The position numbers and the translations under genes are program-made. The notes beneath the pieces were generated by a model. The model was given only the letters and a program-made list of their open reading frames with translations, made no database searches and was not told the origin of the DNA. Below, one piece after another: positions 60,801-64,000 of a DNA stretch of 64,000 nucleotides; position 1 is the first letter of the stretch; each line of letters opens with the position of its first letter. Source of the stretch: Zygnema circumcarinatum SAG 698-1b (lineage: Eukaryota > Plantae > Zygnematophyceae); assembly GCA_037447605.1 (NCBI GenBank), contig CM074804.1, positions 5,495,909 to 5,559,908 of the forward strand, written 5' to 3'.

Positions 60801-63800
60801 GCATCGCAGCATGCCTCACAACAACATGGGTCGCCATGTTGTGGCATTCCTTAATCTCATGGCAGAACAGCGTCTCACATGATGCATGGCTGACGAGTAT
60901 TGCAGCTTCTCATCGACAAGCTGGACGACGACCTTGTGCACGCACTCAAAGAGGAGGGGCACATGGCCAAGGAAGATGTCTCCAACTACGACGATGTGAA
61001 GATGGAAATCATTAGCAAGGTGCAGACATCATCATCCTGCCTCTTGCTGCCTTCCCCTGCTCGAAAGGAGATGGCGTGTGTTGCTGACTGAACTTGCACT
61101 TGACATTTTGTTCAAGTTCTTCAAACTAACTCAAAATTAAGTGAAGCAGTTTCGGTTGTCAAAAGAGGGAGCGTTGCAGAATGGTTGCATCAAGGGTCGT
61201 CTTTCTTATCTGCTGTATGTAATGTTGTGCTTATGTCTGACTTATGCAGCTGGAGGCGCTACGTGATACTCCAAATAGAGAGGAGTGCCCCGTGATTTAT
61301 CACCTTGATGTAGCGGCTATGTATCCCAACATCATGCTCACGAATCGCTTGCAGGTTACCTCAGCCCTTTCACACTGCGCTAAAATCCATTGTTCTGCTG
61401 CGCAATAATTTGGCAGCCGCAAAACTTTAAGACTACAGTTGACGCCGTTTGCCTTTGTCAAAGGAGGATTGCTATCCTGGAATCGGAATAGTGAAAATGT
61501 TTCGCATCCTACACTCTATCTTCTCCTGTTCGAATGCATATCCAGTTCATGTATCCTGACCTATTATCTTAGGTCTTGTCCTCACATGCAACCTATGTAA
61601 ACTCCGAGTTTACGTTGCATAGGTATTAATCATGCGTGGTTTGTCATCCATGAGACCTTGGCCAATATTCTGATGTTTCTCAATCCTCCTTTCGGGCCGC
61701 GGGTGGAGCAGCCGCCTTCCATTGTGACCGACGATGTCTGCGCCGCCTGCGCCTTCAACCGGCCGGGCAAGACATGCCTCCGCAGCATGGAATGGGTGTG
61801 GCGGGGGGAGGCCTTTGCGGCAGGCCGGAGGTATTCTCCACTGCTTCCATGCTGCTTTTGTTCATTGGAACATAGAAATGATGGAAAGTGCAAAAATCGT
61901 GCAAAAATCTTTAAGTCACGAGCCAGTTTCTTTGGAGGACGATAAACGATGCTGTTCATCGGTTTAGTGGGAGATAGGGGCCTAGTACGGGGGTTCAAAT
62001 TGCCGCTCATATTGCCAGGCCATTGCAGGAGCAAGTTCTGAGACTGCAAATTTTCCTTTCTGTTTCGTTTGCTGTATCGGCCCCTAGATTGGCTCTGTCT
62101 CCTCGAGGTCGGGGTAGTGATATTGGATTCGTGAATGGCATGTGAGAGTGTATTCTTGCAGCGAATACCTCCAAATGAAGACTCAGATCGAGTCCGAGCA
62201 GTTTGCCTGGGACGAAACGAGCGGAAGTCGGCGCTACTTCCACGACCTGCCCAAAGACGAGCAGCAGGCCAAGCTCAAGGAGCGCTTCAAGAAGTACTGC
62301 CAAAAGGTTTGATCGGCTATGGCGTTTCCTCGGGTCGCTTTCCACTCCCTTTGCTGAGAAGCTAGTGGCAGAGGTTTTTGGCATCTTATTTCGAGCCCAC
62401 TGTATCTCTTTATGTGCCGAAGTCCTCTTGCTCTCTTTCTTTCACCGGAGCCCATTGTGAAATCGAGAATGCAAGTCGTTTTCAACAAGGAATGATTTTC
62501 TGAGGTTTAAGTGCCATTCCCTCTCCCTCGCTCTCCCTCTCCCGCCCCCGTCTCCGGCCCTCTCCCCCCCCTCCGCTACCAGAATGAGGGTCCCTTTTAC
62601 GAACACTGTTGAGTACAGGATGGCTGGTTGATAAGTTTCAGCATTACTTCACGATTGCTAAGGACAGCCTCCGGACTGATTCTCTGCAGGTGTATAAGAG
62701 AGTTTTAGAGAAACCTGCAACAGAAATTCGAATTGCAGGTGTCTGCCAACGCGAAAATTCCTTCTACATTGATACAGTACGAAGGTGAGATGCAAGAAAG
62801 AATGCATACGTAGTTAGACATTGACCGATATGCCGTTATAGTGTGCTATTTTCATGAACTTCAGAGATTTCACTACTTCCCTGTTTCCAATATGGAAGGG
62901 GGTGAATTACCGCAGGGATTGCAGTAGGCAATGCGGCGATTTGAACACTGGATATTTATAGTTCAGTATATGTGTGGTGCAGTTTTCGAGATCGTCGATA
63001 CGAGTATAAGGGATCAAACAAGGCGTGGAAGGGGAAATTGTCTGAGGCAAAGAAAAACAAAGAACCTGAGAAGATACGGGAAGCAGAGGTAAGACTGTAA
63101 CTTGCTTTCTCTCCGCCTCGCTCCCCATCTGCATCTGCCTCACCTTCCTTGTCCCCGTCTCCCTCTTTTTCCCCATCGCCCCTCCCCTATCCATCCCCAG
63201 CTCCCTCCTCCTCCCTCCTCTTCCCCCTCCCACTCCCCCTCCCTTTGCCTGTGTCTTGCATGGGCGGCATCCCTTCGTATTGCGGAGTAATGCCGCTTCT
63301 GGTGGCGAGTGCAGGACATGGTGGTGCTGTACGACTCCCTGCAACTGGCGCACAAGTGCATCCTCAACTCCTTCTACGGCTACGTCATGCGCAAGTCAGC
63401 TCCGTCACTTTCCTTCTGCCCCACGCCATGCAGCCCATCACTGCGGTTTGAGGGGGCAATGGAGTCCAATCGGAGAGAGAGCTCAAACACTCGTTTTTTG
63501 GACTGTCTCCCGCATGCAGAGGGGCCCGTTGGTATTCCATGGAGATGGCGGGGATCACCACATACACGGGAGCCAAGCTTATCCAGAGCGCGCGCGTGCT
63601 TGTGGAGCAGGTGTGCTCGTATTGCTTTCATAGAAGTTACTGCTCAGGCCTTCCCTTGGCTACCCTTCCTCTGCTAGCAGAAGAAGGAGAGGGGTTGAAT
63701 CCATGGGCAGAGTTGTCGTCCTCCATCCCGACTGTGTTGAGAGTCAAGCCCAACTGGGGCTTCACTTTTGGAAAAAAAATGGGACCGATGCAATTTATCT

Positions 63801-64000
63801 TTGCCATTGCTTGACACTTAACTCGGAGTTTTTGCCAGCTTCTGGCTGAATCTGGCGGTTCCTTGTAGTACTTTTGACAAACTAGTTGCGTCCTTTACCT
63901 TGTCAACTCTCTCATTCCTTTGTTTTTTTGCCGAGTTTCTTCATTGCTCGAGTCAGGTTGGGAAACCTCTCGAGCTCGACACGGATGGCATCTGGTGCTG
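54812..64000 (+). CDS. POLE: DNA polymerase epsilon catalytic subunit A (POL2A/TIL1), 5' part; runs off the window
   Basis: In-phase exons give [90 protein letters not shown], the Fe-S cysteines CAAC..C and [17 protein letters not shown] and ELDTDGIW. Confidence 0.97.

Overview
Gene-dense nuclear DNA of a green plant (streptophyte). It has spliceosomal introns and moderate overall GC, with very GC-rich head-to-head promoter regions. The lineage is probably non-seed (charophyte alga or bryophyte); this is an inference from gene content. Conserved genes that can be assembled exon by exon: the 3' end of CUL3, katanin p80 (first intron looks U12-type), meiotic SHOC1/ZIP2, a plastid TPR membrane protein, MiaB/CDK5RAP1, V-ATPase subunit D, an RFI2-like RING-H2 E3 ligase and the 5' part of the DNA polymerase epsilon catalytic subunit. 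The most unusual part is about 13-29 kb, an island of non-housekeeping genes. It holds a GT2 glycosyltransferase-fold membrane protein that has lost its catalytic motifs and appears to carry a 1-nt frameshift. It also holds a small orphan coiled-coil gene, a three-LysM protein gene with an in-frame TGA inside LysM2, and an atypical PI3/4K/FAM20-like kinase with a coiled-coil N-terminus. Intergenic regions carry foldback and TIR elements and recurrent GTAC/CCGTAC and CCATT/AATGG motif clusters. I recognised no rRNA, tRNA or CRISPR array. All family assignments are from motif recognition, without database searches, and exon boundaries were read by hand.
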